Shown in pieces: positions 21,728 through 32,119 of a stretch of DNA of 64,000 nucleotides (its first letter is position 1; each line of letters begins with the position of its first letter). The translations under genes and the position numbers were made by a program. The stretch lies in the sequence record SRR31156797_707; one strand, 5' to 3'. A model generated the notes under the pieces. The model did no database searches. It worked only from the letters and a program-made list of their open reading frames with translations, and was not told the DNA's origin.

Positions 21728-21766
21728 TAAACTCAATATTGTCAAATATTTGTCATACGCTTGCAA
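21728..21766 (+). promoter_or_regulatory. Pho-box-like 11-bp direct repeats upstream of phnW
   Basis: TAAACT/TTGTCA/TTGTCA/TTGCAA at 21728, 21739, 21750, 21761. Confidence 0.6.
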
Positions 21767-21901
21767 TAGGTTTTTAAAATCATTCCTCACCCTATTGACT
21801 ACTCATTTCAAAGTGGTATATTCCACTTGGTTGCGCAAATATATATTTTAATTATTTATTTGAGTCAACAAAATTTAAGAAAAATGTCTGGAAAATATAA
21901 A

Positions 21902-23026
21902 ATGCAAAAAATAACGAATTCTAAAGACAAATTACTATTCACACCGGGACCGCTCACCACCAGCATGGCTGTAAAGCAGGCAATGCTCAGAGACCTCGGC
22001 TCAAGAGATAACGAGTTTATTAATCTGGTTAAAGAAATGAGACAAATGCTTCTTGAAGTAGCGGAGGCAGATGTCGATTATACAGCTATACCACTTCAGG
22101 GGAGCGGAAGTTACGCTCTTGAGGCTGTTGTTACATCATGCATAAAAGAAGGTAAAAAACTGCTCGCAGTCATCAACGGTTCATACGGCAAAAGGCTCTC
22201 ACAGATGGCTAAAAGAGCAAAAATAGATGTAATTGAGCTCAATTTTCCTGAAAACGAACTCCCTGACACTGAAATAATAAGAGAGGCTCTCAGGCGTACC
22301 CCAGAGATATCCATGGTCAGCATGTGCAGCTGCGAAACGACATCCGGCATATATAATCCTGTAAAAGAGGTCGGCGAAATAGCAAAAGAGCATAACGTAG
22401 ATTTCTTCCTCGATGCTATGAGCAACTTCGGCGCTTTCAGGCTTCCGGTAAAAGAGATGAACATCACATATCTTGTAAGCTCTGCAAACAAGTGTATAGA
22501 GGGTGTTCCAGGCTTTTCATTTGTTATAGCAAACAGAGAGGCACTGCTAAAAACAGAAGGCTGGGCAAGGAGCATCTCGTTCGACCTTGTCGCTCAGTAT
22601 AAAGGGCTTGAAAAGAACGGTCAGTTCAGATTCACACCACCAACTCACACAATACTTGCTTTCCATACAGCACTTAAAGAGCTTCAGCTCGAAGGCGGCG
22701 TCGAAGGGAGAGCATCAAGATACAAAGAAAATTACCAAGCACTTATGAAAGGTATGCGGGAGATCGGTTTTAAAGAATACCTCCCGGTATCGCTTCAGGG
22801 TTACATCATATCATCTTTCCTCTATCCGGATGCTGAAAACTGGGATTTCGAAAAATTCTACACTCTTCTTAACGACAAAGGTCTTGTTATCTACCCGGGT
22901 AAAGTTGGAGATGCTGACTGTTTCCGCATAGGTAACATCGGCAGACTTTTTCCATATGATGTCCAAAACCTTATATCAGCCATACAGCTGACCTTGAAAG
23001 AAATGAACGTAAATATAGGTGAATAA
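21902..23026 (+). CDS. phnW: 2-aminoethylphosphonate--pyruvate transaminase
   Basis: LLFTPGPLTTS, DAMS, SSANKCIEGVPG, QFRFTPPTH, IYPGK; start uncertain (21884 or 21902). Confidence 0.93.
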   Translation: MQKITNSKDKLLFTPGPLTTSMAVKQAMLRDLGSRDNEFINLVKEMRQMLLEVAEADVDYTAIPLQGSGSYALEAVVTSCIKEGKKLLAVINGSYGKRLSQMAKRAKIDVIELNFPENELPDTEIIREALRRTPEISMVSMCSCETTSGIYNPVKEVGEIAKEHNVDFFLDAMSNFGAFRLPVKEMNITYLVSSANKCIEGVPGFSFVIANREALLKTEGWARSISFDLVAQYKGLEKNGQFRFTPPTHTILAFHTALKELQLEGGVEGRASRYKENYQALMKGMREIGFKEYLPVSLQGYIISSFLYPDAENWDFEKFYTLLNDKGLVIYPGKVGDADCFRIGNIGRLFPYDVQNLISAIQLTLKEMNVNIGE

Positions 23027-23028
23027 CA

Positions 23029-23805
23029 ATGACTACAGATATAAAATTAGCAATTTTTGACCTCGCAGGGACAGTGGTTGACTACGGATCATGTGCGCCG
23101 GCAGGAGCATTTACCGAGCTTTTCAAAAAGCACGGAGTAGATGTAACACTTCAGCAGGCGAGAGAGCCTATGGGGATGCACAAGCGTGACCACATCAAAA
23201 CCATGCTCGAAATGCCTGAAATATCAAAGCAGTGGGTCAAGGTAAACGGGCATCAGTACACACCGGAAGAGCTTGAAGCACTATTTAATGAATTCATCCC
23301 TCTTCAGCTGGAATGCCTTCCTGATTTCTGTCAGATCATAGAAGGAGCAGCTGAATCCGCAGATAAACTCAGAGAGATGGGCGTTAAGCTCGCCGCCACA
23401 ACCGGCTACAACAGAGAGATGATGAACATCGTCCTAGAATCACTTAAAAGTCAGGGACTTGAGTTTGATGTAACAAGCTGTGCTGCTGAGGTTCCTGCCG
23501 GCAGACCAGCTCCGTGGATGATCTACAGGTGTATGGAACAAGCGGAAGTTTACCCTGTATCAACAGTAATTAACTTCGGCGACACTATCGCAGACGTTGC
23601 CTCAGCTAAAAACGCAGGTGTTTTCAGCATAGGCGTAGTAAGAAGCGGAAATATGCTCGGAATGACAAAAGCAGAACTTGAGAACTCAAGCGAACCTGAA
23701 CTAGAGAGACTAATTAAGGCGGGCAATGAGACGCTGCTTAAGGGCGGAGCAGACATGGTTTTACCGGATGTAAGCTATGCGATTGAGGCACTTTCAAAAA
23801 GGTGA
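23029..23805 (+). CDS. phnX: Phosphonoacetaldehyde hydrolase
   Basis: FDLAGTVVDYGS, PMGMHKRDH (Schiff-base Lys), GRPAPWM, GDT; follows phnW. Confidence 0.93.
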   Translation: MTTDIKLAIFDLAGTVVDYGSCAPAGAFTELFKKHGVDVTLQQAREPMGMHKRDHIKTMLEMPEISKQWVKVNGHQYTPEELEALFNEFIPLQLECLPDFCQIIEGAAESADKLREMGVKLAATTGYNREMMNIVLESLKSQGLEFDVTSCAAEVPAGRPAPWMIYRCMEQAEVYPVSTVINFGDTIADVASAKNAGVFSIGVVRSGNMLGMTKAELENSSEPELERLIKAGNETLLKGGADMVLPDVSYAIEALSKR

Positions 23806-23824
23806 ACCAATACCTTAAAAATCT

Positions 23825-23852
23825 TAAACATTTCCTTGTCAGTAAATAAACA
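23825..23852 (+). promoter_or_regulatory. Pho-box-like 11-bp direct repeats upstream of phnC
   Basis: TAAACA/TTGTCA/TAAACA at 23825, 23836, 23847. Confidence 0.6.
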
Positions 23853-23897
23853 GAAAAGGTTTAGGGTGTAAACGGTTTAAAATTATTGGAGATTATT

Positions 23898-24704
23898 ATG
23901 ATACATCTGAAAAATGCAAATATAGGGTACGGAAGCAAAGTTGTTCTGCATGATTTCAGCCTTAAGATAGAAGAAGGTGAATTCATCGGTATTATTGGTG
24001 CTTCCGGAGCGGGAAAGAGTACTCTTCTCGGAACTCTTATCGCAAATGTTAAAATTTTTGACGGACGTGTTACATCCCTTAATTACGATGTGGCAAACAT
24101 AAAAAAGAGAGACATGCAGAAGCTGAGAACCCGTGTAGGGTTTATATTTCAGGGTTTTAACCTTGTGAACCGTATGCGTGTCTTAGACAATGTCGCAAGC
24201 GGAATGCTCCCACGTATATCACTGCCGAGAGCTCTCATGAAGCTCTACGATTCGGACCACCATAGACAGACATACGAGATGCTCAAAATTGTCGGTCTCG
24301 AAGGGAAGGCTCTCGAGAGATGCGACCAGCTTTCGGGCGGTCAGCGCCAGAGGGTAGCTATCGCAAGGGCACTCGCACAGAAGCCTGATCTCATCCTTGC
24401 TGACGAACCTGTTGCAGCACTCGACCCTATAAGTGCTGAAAATGTTATGCAAACTCTAAAAAAAGTTAACGACACCATGAACGTAACAGTAGTTGCAAAT
24501 CTCCATCAGCTTGAGGTTGCACGTGAATACTGCAAGAGAGTAATAGGCATCAACGACGGGCGTATTGTTTTTGACGGCACACCAGAAGAGCTAACTCAGT
24601 CAGCGATAGACGATATCTACTGCTGCACAGACGAAGATGTGGTTAATGTGAACCGAGATATTATGGAAGAAGAAGCCAGACTGGCTATTCAGATAGGTAA
24701 TTAA
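23898..24704 (+). CDS. phnC: Phosphonate ABC transporter ATPase
   Basis: GASGAGKST, FQGFNLV, LSGGQRQRV, ADEPVAALDP, NLHQ; GGAG RBS. Confidence 0.92.
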   Translation: MIHLKNANIGYGSKVVLHDFSLKIEEGEFIGIIGASGAGKSTLLGTLIANVKIFDGRVTSLNYDVANIKKRDMQKLRTRVGFIFQGFNLVNRMRVLDNVASGMLPRISLPRALMKLYDSDHHRQTYEMLKIVGLEGKALERCDQLSGGQRQRVAIARALAQKPDLILADEPVAALDPISAENVMQTLKKVNDTMNVTVVANLHQLEVAREYCKRVIGINDGRIVFDGTPEELTQSAIDDIYCCTDEDVVNVNRDIMEEEARLAIQIGN

Positions 24705-24731
24705 GAAAAAATTATTTTAAGGAGTTTCCCA

Positions 24732-25589
24732 ATGAAGAAGATTCTTATCGCTATGATGATCGTTGTCCTTTCTGTTTCATCAGCATTCGCTCAGCAGAAA
24801 TGGCCAAGCAAAATCACTTACAGTGCAGTTCCAACATCTGCTCAGCACAACATGAAAGACATGCTCGAGCCGCTTCAGAAGCACCTCGAAAAAGAACTCG
24901 GCATTGAAGTTGAGATGAAAGCTTCCAACGACTACAACGCTGCTATTACTGGTATGCAGTACAACCATATTGATTGTGTTTACTTCGGGCCTAAGTCCTA
25001 TGTAGAGGCTTCAAAACGTGCAAACGCTGAAGCTCTTGTACTTGAGAAAGCTCTCGACGGTACTCTCGGTTACTACGGTTGGATCATCACAAAAAAAGGC
25101 TCTGGTCTTAAGTCACTTGAAGATATCAAAGGTAAGAAGTGGGCTTTCACAGATCCTAACTCTACATCAGGTACGCTTGTTCCTTCTGTAATGTTCGCTA
25201 AGGCAAACATCGACCCTAAGAAATATTTCGATAGAGTTATCTACTCCGGTAGCCACGCAGCTTCTATCATGTCTGTAAACAACGGTAAAGTAGATGCAGC
25301 TTCTACAAACGACCTCGACTTCCTCAGAGGCGTTGCTAAAAAGCAGTGGAAGAAAGAAGACTTCAACATCCTCTGGGTATCTGACCTCATTCCTGCTGCT
25401 CCTACTGCATGCAGAAGCGGGCTTCCATCATCGCTCAGAATGGCTATCAAGGGCGCTCTTGTTTCTTTCGACAGCAAAGAAGGTCTTGATAGACTTAAGA
25501 TCTCCGGCTACATCCCAGTTAAAGACAGCTTCTACGACAGTGTACGTGAACTTGTTGCACTTAAGAAAAAGCTTAAAAACAAAAAGTAA
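24732..25589 (+). CDS. phnD: Phosphonate ABC transporter periplasmic binding protein
   Basis: Signal peptide, GPKSY, DPNSTSG, SGSHAAS. Confidence 0.9.
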   Translation: MKKILIAMMIVVLSVSSAFAQQKWPSKITYSAVPTSAQHNMKDMLEPLQKHLEKELGIEVEMKASNDYNAAITGMQYNHIDCVYFGPKSYVEASKRANAEALVLEKALDGTLGYYGWIITKKGSGLKSLEDIKGKKWAFTDPNSTSGTLVPSVMFAKANIDPKKYFDRVIYSGSHAASIMSVNNGKVDAASTNDLDFLRGVAKKQWKKEDFNILWVSDLIPAAPTACRSGLPSSLRMAIKGALVSFDSKEGLDRLKISGYIPVKDSFYDSVRELVALKKKLKNKK

Positions 25590-25601
25590 GAACCAACATA
25601 A

Positions 25602-25622
25602 AGGGGCGTATCATGCGCCCCT
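25602..25622 (+). other. Stem-loop between phnD and phnE (mRNA stabiliser or partial terminator)
   Basis: AGGGGCGTA-TCA-TGCGCCCCT. Confidence 0.6.
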
Positions 25623-25655
25623 AATCTTTCACAAATAACTACATAGGTATTAAAA

Positions 25656-26513
25656 ATGGAACTGGCAGTAATAAAAGCAAAATCTAACCCTTTCACGTTA
25701 AAGAACGTTGCTATTGTTGTATTCTGTATATTTATCTCAGGCTGGAGCTGGAACTCTACAGAAATGAGTATCACCGAGCTTATCAAAGGTGCGGCTAATA
25801 TGGTTGACTATCTTGTGGGAAATCCTGAAATTCCTGGAAGCAGCTACTTCGACCTAAATACAAACCCTGAAGATATTAGTGAGTATGTTATCTCAATCAT
25901 TGAAACTATACAGATGGCAATTATAGCACTGATCATATCAATAATTGTTGCTGTTCCTCTGTCAGTATTTGCATCCAGAAATATTCTTCTGGTATTTCTC
26001 CCTGGCGACAGTCCGCTAAAGAATTTCACCAGAAAAGCACTCTATTACCTCGCTATGACCCTTGCTAACGTGGCGAGATCAATCAACGAAATAGTGTGGG
26101 CGCTGATATTCGTATCTGCTGTTGGTCTCGGACCTATGGCGGGTATTATAGCACTTGGTATCCACACAGGCGGCGTTCTCACAAAGCTGCTCGCCGAAGG
26201 TAACGAAGCTATCGACCCGGGTCCTGTTCAGGCTCTAAGTGCAACTGGAGCTGGCTTTATTAAGGTTCTCAGGTTTGCAATCGTTCCGCAGGTGCTCCCA
26301 CATTTTGTTTCTATGGTGCTTTACAGATTTGAATCAGACGTACGCTCCGCTTCTATCCTCGGTTTTGTTGGTGCGGGCGGTATAGGTTTCTATCTGTTTG
26401 ATGCTCTCAGAGGTTTCGAAAACGGAACTGTAGCCACAATCCTGATAATGGTTGTTATTACTGTATGGATAATAGACAAATTCAGTGCATTCATTAGAGA
26501 AAGGGTGATTTAA
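25656..26513 (+). CDS. phnE: Phosphonate ABC transporter permease
   Basis: AVGLGPMAG, EAIDPGP, YRFESDVRSASILGFVGAGGIG. Confidence 0.92.
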   Translation: MELAVIKAKSNPFTLKNVAIVVFCIFISGWSWNSTEMSITELIKGAANMVDYLVGNPEIPGSSYFDLNTNPEDISEYVISIIETIQMAIIALIISIIVAVPLSVFASRNILLVFLPGDSPLKNFTRKALYYLAMTLANVARSINEIVWALIFVSAVGLGPMAGIIALGIHTGGVLTKLLAEGNEAIDPGPVQALSATGAGFIKVLRFAIVPQVLPHFVSMVLYRFESDVRSASILGFVGAGGIGFYLFDALRGFENGTVATILIMVVITVWIIDKFSAFIRERVI

Positions 26514-26948
26514 ATGGAAAGAGAGCAACTTAGCTACCTGCTTCAAAATGCAGATAGCGACGAGCTGATGGAACTTGTTGAAAAAATCATTGAATCAGCA
26601 AACGTCAGCATCCTTGCGAATCCGGCACAGCAGACATTACTTGTGCCTGTATTCGATCCGGTTACTAAAAAGAAATTTTACGGCGGAGAAATCCTTGTGA
26701 CACAGGCACTAGTAGGCATTGACGATCATAAGGGCTGGGGGATGGTTATGGATAATAACCCTGACCTGTCGCTAGCTGTAGCTATCTGCGACGCCGCATT
26801 CAGCGCCGAAATCATGAAAGAAGAGATTGTTTCAATCGCAGAAAAAGCACTCATCGAAGTTAACAAACAGATCAAAGAAGAGGCTGAGCAGACAGCATCA
26901 ACCAAAGTCAGCTTCGACATGATGAGTGATATGTCAGGAAATATGTAA
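26514..26948 (+). CDS. phnG: C-P lyase subunit PhnG
   Basis: FYGGEILVT, LAVAICDA, C-terminal TKVSF; operon position. Confidence 0.82.
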   Translation: MEREQLSYLLQNADSDELMELVEKIIESANVSILANPAQQTLLVPVFDPVTKKKFYGGEILVTQALVGIDDHKGWGMVMDNNPDLSLAVAICDAAFSAEIMKEEIVSIAEKALIEVNKQIKEEAEQTASTKVSFDMMSDMSGNM

Positions 26949-27509
26949 ATGATATCACTAGACAGAAAGAATCTTAAACAGGAAAACAGCGAGAAACTTA
27001 ACAGAGAAAACTTTCGTGTACTTATGGAGTGTATGAGCAGACCGGGCAAAGCTGACACTATCGAGCCGCTATCCGGATCAACAGTTAATGCAGTTGCAAG
27101 CGCCCTGCTCTATCAGGAAGTTACCTGGTGCAACATGACAGACAGAGACCTGTCAGACATAGCTTTCACCACAGGCTCAAAAGAAGCGCCGCTCGCTGAT
27201 GCGGACTATATATTCGCTGGAACGCCTTCGGTCGATGTGCTGACCCTTGCTGGGCGGGGAACGTACGAATCACCAGAGCTCGGCGGTACGATATTCTTCA
27301 GGTGCATCACACTTGATGTAAATGAATTCATACTCAGAGGTCCGGGCATAGACAGAGAAATCAGAGTTTCACTACCGATCAACGCTGAATTTGCTGAAAC
27401 TTTTAAAGTGGTTAACAGCAAGTTTCCAACTGGTGTGGACATCTTCTTTATCGATGACCAGCATAGGATAACAGCCCTTGCAAGAACTACAAAACTGGAG
27501 CTTGTATAA
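26949..27509 (+). CDS. phnH: C-P lyase subunit PhnH
   Basis: FRVLMECMSRPG, GTYESPE, LRGPGI, FPTGVD. Confidence 0.88.
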   Translation: MISLDRKNLKQENSEKLNRENFRVLMECMSRPGKADTIEPLSGSTVNAVASALLYQEVTWCNMTDRDLSDIAFTTGSKEAPLADADYIFAGTPSVDVLTLAGRGTYESPELGGTIFFRCITLDVNEFILRGPGIDREIRVSLPINAEFAETFKVVNSKFPTGVDIFFIDDQHRITALARTTKLELV

Positions 27510-28591
27510 TGGGATATGTAGCAGTCAAAGGTGGCGAAACCGCCATAATCAACTCTAAAAACTTCTATTTCAACAAACTAAAAAAAGCTGAAGAACTGTC
27601 AGATGAAACAGTAAACGAAGGTCTCACCTACTTAGTAGATAAAATCATGAGCGAAGGCTCTCTATATAGCGAATCTCTCGCAGCTAAGGCTGTTAAAAAG
27701 AGCGGCGGCGAACCACTTAACGCCGCATTTTACCTCCGTGCTCACCGCTCCACATGCAAAAGAGCGGGCGAATGCGAAGATATCAGGCACGAAAATATTA
27801 GAATCATAAGAAAAATCTCCTCAGCTTTTAAAGACATCCCCGGAGGGCAGATATTAGGTCCTTCAAGTGACTACATCTTAAGACTTTTCACCACTGACAA
27901 AGATGTAAACAGTGAAGCTGTAGCAGAGATATCAGACAGTAATTTCGAAATGTATCAGCCTAGCGCTGTTGATATGATCAGAGACTGGGGCGTTGTCAAA
28001 GAGGTCACTTCAGACGAGGACGAACCTTTTGACGTTACCCGTGTGAACCCTCAGCCTCCGTATAAACGAAGTGCAGGACTACAGATCATGTCCAGAGGCG
28101 AAACAGGTGCAATGCTAGCCTTCGCCTACACTTCTATGAGGGGCTACGGCGACGTACACCCCACTGTCGGCGACCTCCGTATAGGCTATGCAGATGTGGA
28201 ATTCACCCACCCGGTCACAGGCAAAAAGGTAAAAATTGGCGAGATGAGAACTACATCCTGCGAGATGGTCTCTGTAACCACTGGCAAGGATAAAACAGGT
28301 AAAGACACGCTTATGTATTCAGTCGGCTACGGATTCTGCTTCGGCTTTAACGAAACAAAAGCTATCAGCATGGGAATCCTTGACAGCTCAATGTCATCAG
28401 CCTCTTACTCAACTGGCGGTGCTGATATCTCTTCTAACCCTGAGCTAGTTCTTAACCATATCGACGGGATAGAGTCCTACGGATTCTGTAACCATTATAA
28501 GCTACCTCACTATGTAACATTTCAGGCAGACCTAAAGCTTGTAAAAGCTGGTCACGAGAGAGAATGTGAGGAGACTGTAAATGAAAAATAA
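27509..28591 (+). CDS. phnI: C-P lyase subunit PhnI
   Basis: YVAVKGGE, ISSAFKDIPGGQILG, HYKLPHYVTFQ. Confidence 0.93.
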   Translation: MGYVAVKGGETAIINSKNFYFNKLKKAEELSDETVNEGLTYLVDKIMSEGSLYSESLAAKAVKKSGGEPLNAAFYLRAHRSTCKRAGECEDIRHENIRIIRKISSAFKDIPGGQILGPSSDYILRLFTTDKDVNSEAVAEISDSNFEMYQPSAVDMIRDWGVVKEVTSDEDEPFDVTRVNPQPPYKRSAGLQIMSRGETGAMLAFAYTSMRGYGDVHPTVGDLRIGYADVEFTHPVTGKKVKIGEMRTTSCEMVSVTTGKDKTGKDTLMYSVGYGFCFGFNETKAISMGILDSSMSSASYSTGGADISSNPELVLNHIDGIESYGFCNHYKLPHYVTFQADLKLVKAGHERECEETVNEK

Positions 28592-29429
28592 TGAAAATAT
28601 TGACGTAACCTTTGCTTTCCTTGATGAAGACGCAAAGAAAGAGATCAGACGCTCCATACTGAAAGCTGTAGCAATACCCGGCTATATTGTACCCTTCGCA
28701 TCAAGAGAGATGCCCGTAGCGAGAGGCTGGGGAACAGGTGGGATGCAGATAACCCTATCCATTATAAATGAAAAAGATAACCTAAAAGTTATAGATCAGG
28801 GGTGCGACGGCTCTGTAAACGCTGTACTTCTCAGGAACTTTATCACATCCGTTTCAGATGTAGAGACGACTATGGAGACATCAGAGGCGAGCATCATCCA
28901 GACGAGGCACAGGATACCGGAAGATGAGACAGGCGAAACTCAGACAATAGTTTTTCAGGTACCGATGCCGGATGTTCTTGTGAATGTCGAACCGGATACT
29001 TATCAGCAGAAGCTTTTGCACGCACATAATGACTATTCCAAGCTCTGGGTACTTCTTTACGAAGATATCTCTATGCTCGGTGACAGCCGGTTCAGCCACA
29101 GATATCCTGTAACGGTGAACGATCATTATGTGATGGATCCTTCCCCTATCCCGAGATACGACATACCAAAACTTAACAATAACAAATCACTCCTGCTCTT
29201 CGGTGCGGGGCGTGAAAAGAAGATATATGCTATCCCTCCATATACAGAAGTTGTTCCGCTTCAATTTGATGATGTGGAATTCAGCTATGAAAAATTCGAA
29301 GGTCAGAAATGTTCCAGATGCGGAAGCGAAGGCGTCTACTTCGACCTCATTGAGCAGGAAGGAAATGAGCACTACTACTGTAGCGACACATCCTTCTGCG
29401 ATAAACAGCTCGCAACCGGAGGGGAGTAA
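28581..29429 (+). CDS. phnJ: C-P lyase radical SAM subunit PhnJ
   Basis: KAVAIPGY, GWGTGG, QTRHRIPE, GAGREKK, C-x2-C-x19-C-x5-C. Confidence 0.95.
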   Translation: MKNNENIDVTFAFLDEDAKKEIRRSILKAVAIPGYIVPFASREMPVARGWGTGGMQITLSIINEKDNLKVIDQGCDGSVNAVLLRNFITSVSDVETTMETSEASIIQTRHRIPEDETGETQTIVFQVPMPDVLVNVEPDTYQQKLLHAHNDYSKLWVLLYEDISMLGDSRFSHRYPVTVNDHYVMDPSPIPRYDIPKLNNNKSLLLFGAGREKKIYAIPPYTEVVPLQFDDVEFSYEKFEGQKCSRCGSEGVYFDLIEQEGNEHYYCSDTSFCDKQLATGGE

Positions 29430-30265
29430 TGCTGCTTAAAGTTGATAACCTTACAAAGATTTACGGCGATTCGTGCGATATGTGCGAACTGCACACAGGA
29501 GCAACAGCAGGCACTAACATCTGCCCTGAATGCGGAAGTGTCACAGCCGTCAAAGACGTCTCTTTCTCCATGAACGAGGGGCAGGTGCTCGGCATAGTGG
29601 GCGAGAGCGGAAGCGGTAAATCCACCCTTGTGCAGATGATATTTCAGGATCAGGTTCCTACATCCGGCGGTGTTTTCCTTGATGGGTTTGTGGATGCACT
29701 CGGTATTGAGAAAAGTATATTCGACTCAAACCTGCTCGAAAGAAATCTGCTTAGAAACATCGATATGTCAATGATTTACCAAAACCCGAGAGCCGGACTT
29801 AACTTCTCCTTCTCCGCTGGCGGAAATATAGCCGAGAGAGTTATCATGACCGGCATAAGAAACTACAAAGATATCAAAGGGCGTGTTCAGGGGAGACTTG
29901 CGCAGACAGAGCTTCCTGTGAGCAGGCAAAACTCCAGACCGGATGAATTCTCCGGCGGACAGCAGCAGAGGATACAGATTTCCAAAGCTCTCTCTAATTC
30001 GCCAAAAATTCTGCTTCTGGATGAGCCGACAACTGGGCTTGACCTATCTGTTCAGGCGAAGATCATCGACCTTATTAAATATCTCCAGAAAGAGCACGGC
30101 TTTGCAATGATAGTCGTCTCCCACGACCTCGGAGTGATAAGGCACCTCACAGATATCACAATGGTGATGAAGAGCGGTGAAATGGTTGAGTACGGGCTGA
30201 CTGACCAGATACTCGAAGATCCTCAGCACGCATACACTCAGGTGCTCGTCTCAAGTATCCTTTAA
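29429..30265 (+). CDS. phnK: C-P lyase ABC-ATPase PhnK with N-terminal four-Cys insertion
   Basis: GESGSGKST, AGGNIAER, DEPTTGLDLSVQA; CDMC...CPEC insert. Confidence 0.92.
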   Translation: MLLKVDNLTKIYGDSCDMCELHTGATAGTNICPECGSVTAVKDVSFSMNEGQVLGIVGESGSGKSTLVQMIFQDQVPTSGGVFLDGFVDALGIEKSIFDSNLLERNLLRNIDMSMIYQNPRAGLNFSFSAGGNIAERVIMTGIRNYKDIKGRVQGRLAQTELPVSRQNSRPDEFSGGQQQRIQISKALSNSPKILLLDEPTTGLDLSVQAKIIDLIKYLQKEHGFAMIVVSHDLGVIRHLTDITMVMKSGEMVEYGLTDQILEDPQHAYTQVLVSSIL

Positions 30266-30279
30266 TTACAAGGTGGCAA

Positions 30280-30984
30280 ATGAAACTGAAAGTTACTGAT
30301 CTTAATAAAAGATTTACAATACACACACAAGGTTCCAGAGAGATCGACGGTTTTAACACTGTTAATTTTGAACTGGACAAGGGTGAGTTCCTCGCACTTA
30401 TGGGACCTTCCGGTGCTGGGAAATCATCACTCTTAAAATGTATCTACAGAACATACCTGCTAACAAGCGGGAGTATCCTTTTAAACACTGACGACGGCGA
30501 ATTCGATCTTGCCACACTGACAGAAGGTACAATAATCGGTCTTCGCAAGCGTGAGATAGGCTATGTCAGCCAATTCCTGAAAGTCTTACCCCGTATTTCA
30601 GCTATGGATGTTGTCGCAACACCTATCATAGAGCTTGGAGAATACGAGGCGAAAGCACGTGAGAAAGCGAAAGAGATTATGAATTATCTCGACCTCAGAG
30701 AAGAGCTGTTCGACATATCACCACTCACATTCTCCGGCGGAGAACAGCAGAGGGTAAACATCGCAAGGGCTATAGCCGCACCGAAACAGCTATTACTGCT
30801 AGATGAACCGACTGCGTCACTCGATTCTGAGAGGACAAAAAAAGTTATAAGCCTGCTCAACAAACTTAAAGACGACGGGATAACAATGATAGGTATATTC
30901 CACGATGAGAGGATAGCCGAAACTGTTTCCGATAAAATGATAAGAATGGAGAGGGTCAATAATGAAGCTGATATTACGCTCTGA
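30280..30984 (+). CDS. phnL: C-P lyase ABC-ATPase PhnL
   Basis: FTIHTQG, YVSQFL, TFSGGEQQRVN, GIFHD. Confidence 0.93.
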   Translation: MKLKVTDLNKRFTIHTQGSREIDGFNTVNFELDKGEFLALMGPSGAGKSSLLKCIYRTYLLTSGSILLNTDDGEFDLATLTEGTIIGLRKREIGYVSQFLKVLPRISAMDVVATPIIELGEYEAKAREKAKEIMNYLDLREELFDISPLTFSGGEQQRVNIARAIAAPKQLLLLDEPTASLDSERTKKVISLLNKLKDDGITMIGIFHDERIAETVSDKMIRMERVNNEADITL

Positions 30985-32119
30985 CAGAGTTCTCACTTCT
31001 GTCGGTATCGCACCTGCTGAGGTCATTATAGAAGACGGAATTATAACTGGTGTATCGAGCCACACAGGTGGTTCAGCCCTTGAAATGGGCAGCATGCTCA
31101 TCGTGCCGGGGTTTGTTGATGTTCACTCTGATGCCATCGAAAAAGAGCTGGAGCCAAGACCGGGTGCGTTTTTCCCTGTTGATCAGTCTATCGCTGAGAT
31201 GGACAGAAAGCTCGCTATGGCTGGTGTCACCACTATGTTTCACGCTATCGCTTTTGAAACGAGAAAAGCATCTGAGCTTAGAAAAACTGAATTCTCTGAC
31301 AAGATGATCAGAACAATGAAAAAGATGAACAGTGAGCACCTCAGAGTCGATAATAGGATACACGCAAGATTTGAGGTATCATCACTGGAGTCAGTTCCAA
31401 CAATTGAAGCACTCTTACAGGACGGGCTGGTGGATCTCTTCTCTGTGATGGACCACGCTCCCGGTCAGGGGCAATTTAAATGCGAAAGTAAATGGGATGA
31501 GTTTTACGGAAAGTCGTACAAAATGACAACTGAAGAGCTTAATAATCTAAAAGAGAGGAAGCTTAATAAGGATGAGCAAACTATCCTCAGACTTATAAAC
31601 CTCGCCATCGAGAAAAACGTAAACATTGCCTCACACGACGACTGCTCCACCGATAAAGTCAGAAATATGACTGACCTAGGAATTACTATATCTGAATTTC
31701 CTCTCAGCCTCGAAGTCGCTCAATATGCGAAAGAGAACGGTTTATATACCGGAATGGGCGCACCAAATATCGTTCGTGGCGGGAGTCAGAGCGGTAACAT
31801 AGCGGCAAAGGAGCTTGTTATCAATAACGTCTGTGATTACCTATGCTCAGACTATCACCCTATGTCTCTCCTGAACGCTATTTACGTTATGAGAGACACG
31901 CTGAATCTGCCGCTTGAGGAAGGGTTTAAGATGGTTACATCAAACCCTGCGATAATGTCAGGTCTCACAGATAGAGGCGAAATATCAGTAGGCAAAAGAG
32001 CTGACATAGCGGTTATCGACGACAGCTATCTCCCCACTGCACTTATGACAATATCTGAAGGGAAAATTATACACAACATGACAGGAACTTACTGCAATGA
32101 ATTACATAAAATCTCATAA
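30962..32119 (+). CDS. phnM: Alpha-D-ribose 1-methylphosphonate 5-triphosphate diphosphatase
   Basis: PGFVDVHSD, MDHAPGQGQF, ASHDD, GAPNIVRGGS, SDYHP. Confidence 0.93.
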   Translation: MKLILRSDRVLTSVGIAPAEVIIEDGIITGVSSHTGGSALEMGSMLIVPGFVDVHSDAIEKELEPRPGAFFPVDQSIAEMDRKLAMAGVTTMFHAIAFETRKASELRKTEFSDKMIRTMKKMNSEHLRVDNRIHARFEVSSLESVPTIEALLQDGLVDLFSVMDHAPGQGQFKCESKWDEFYGKSYKMTTEELNNLKERKLNKDEQTILRLINLAIEKNVNIASHDDCSTDKVRNMTDLGITISEFPLSLEVAQYAKENGLYTGMGAPNIVRGGSQSGNIAAKELVINNVCDYLCSDYHPMSLLNAIYVMRDTLNLPLEEGFKMVTSNPAIMSGLTDRGEISVGKRADIAVIDDSYLPTALMTISEGKIIHNMTGTYCNELHKIS

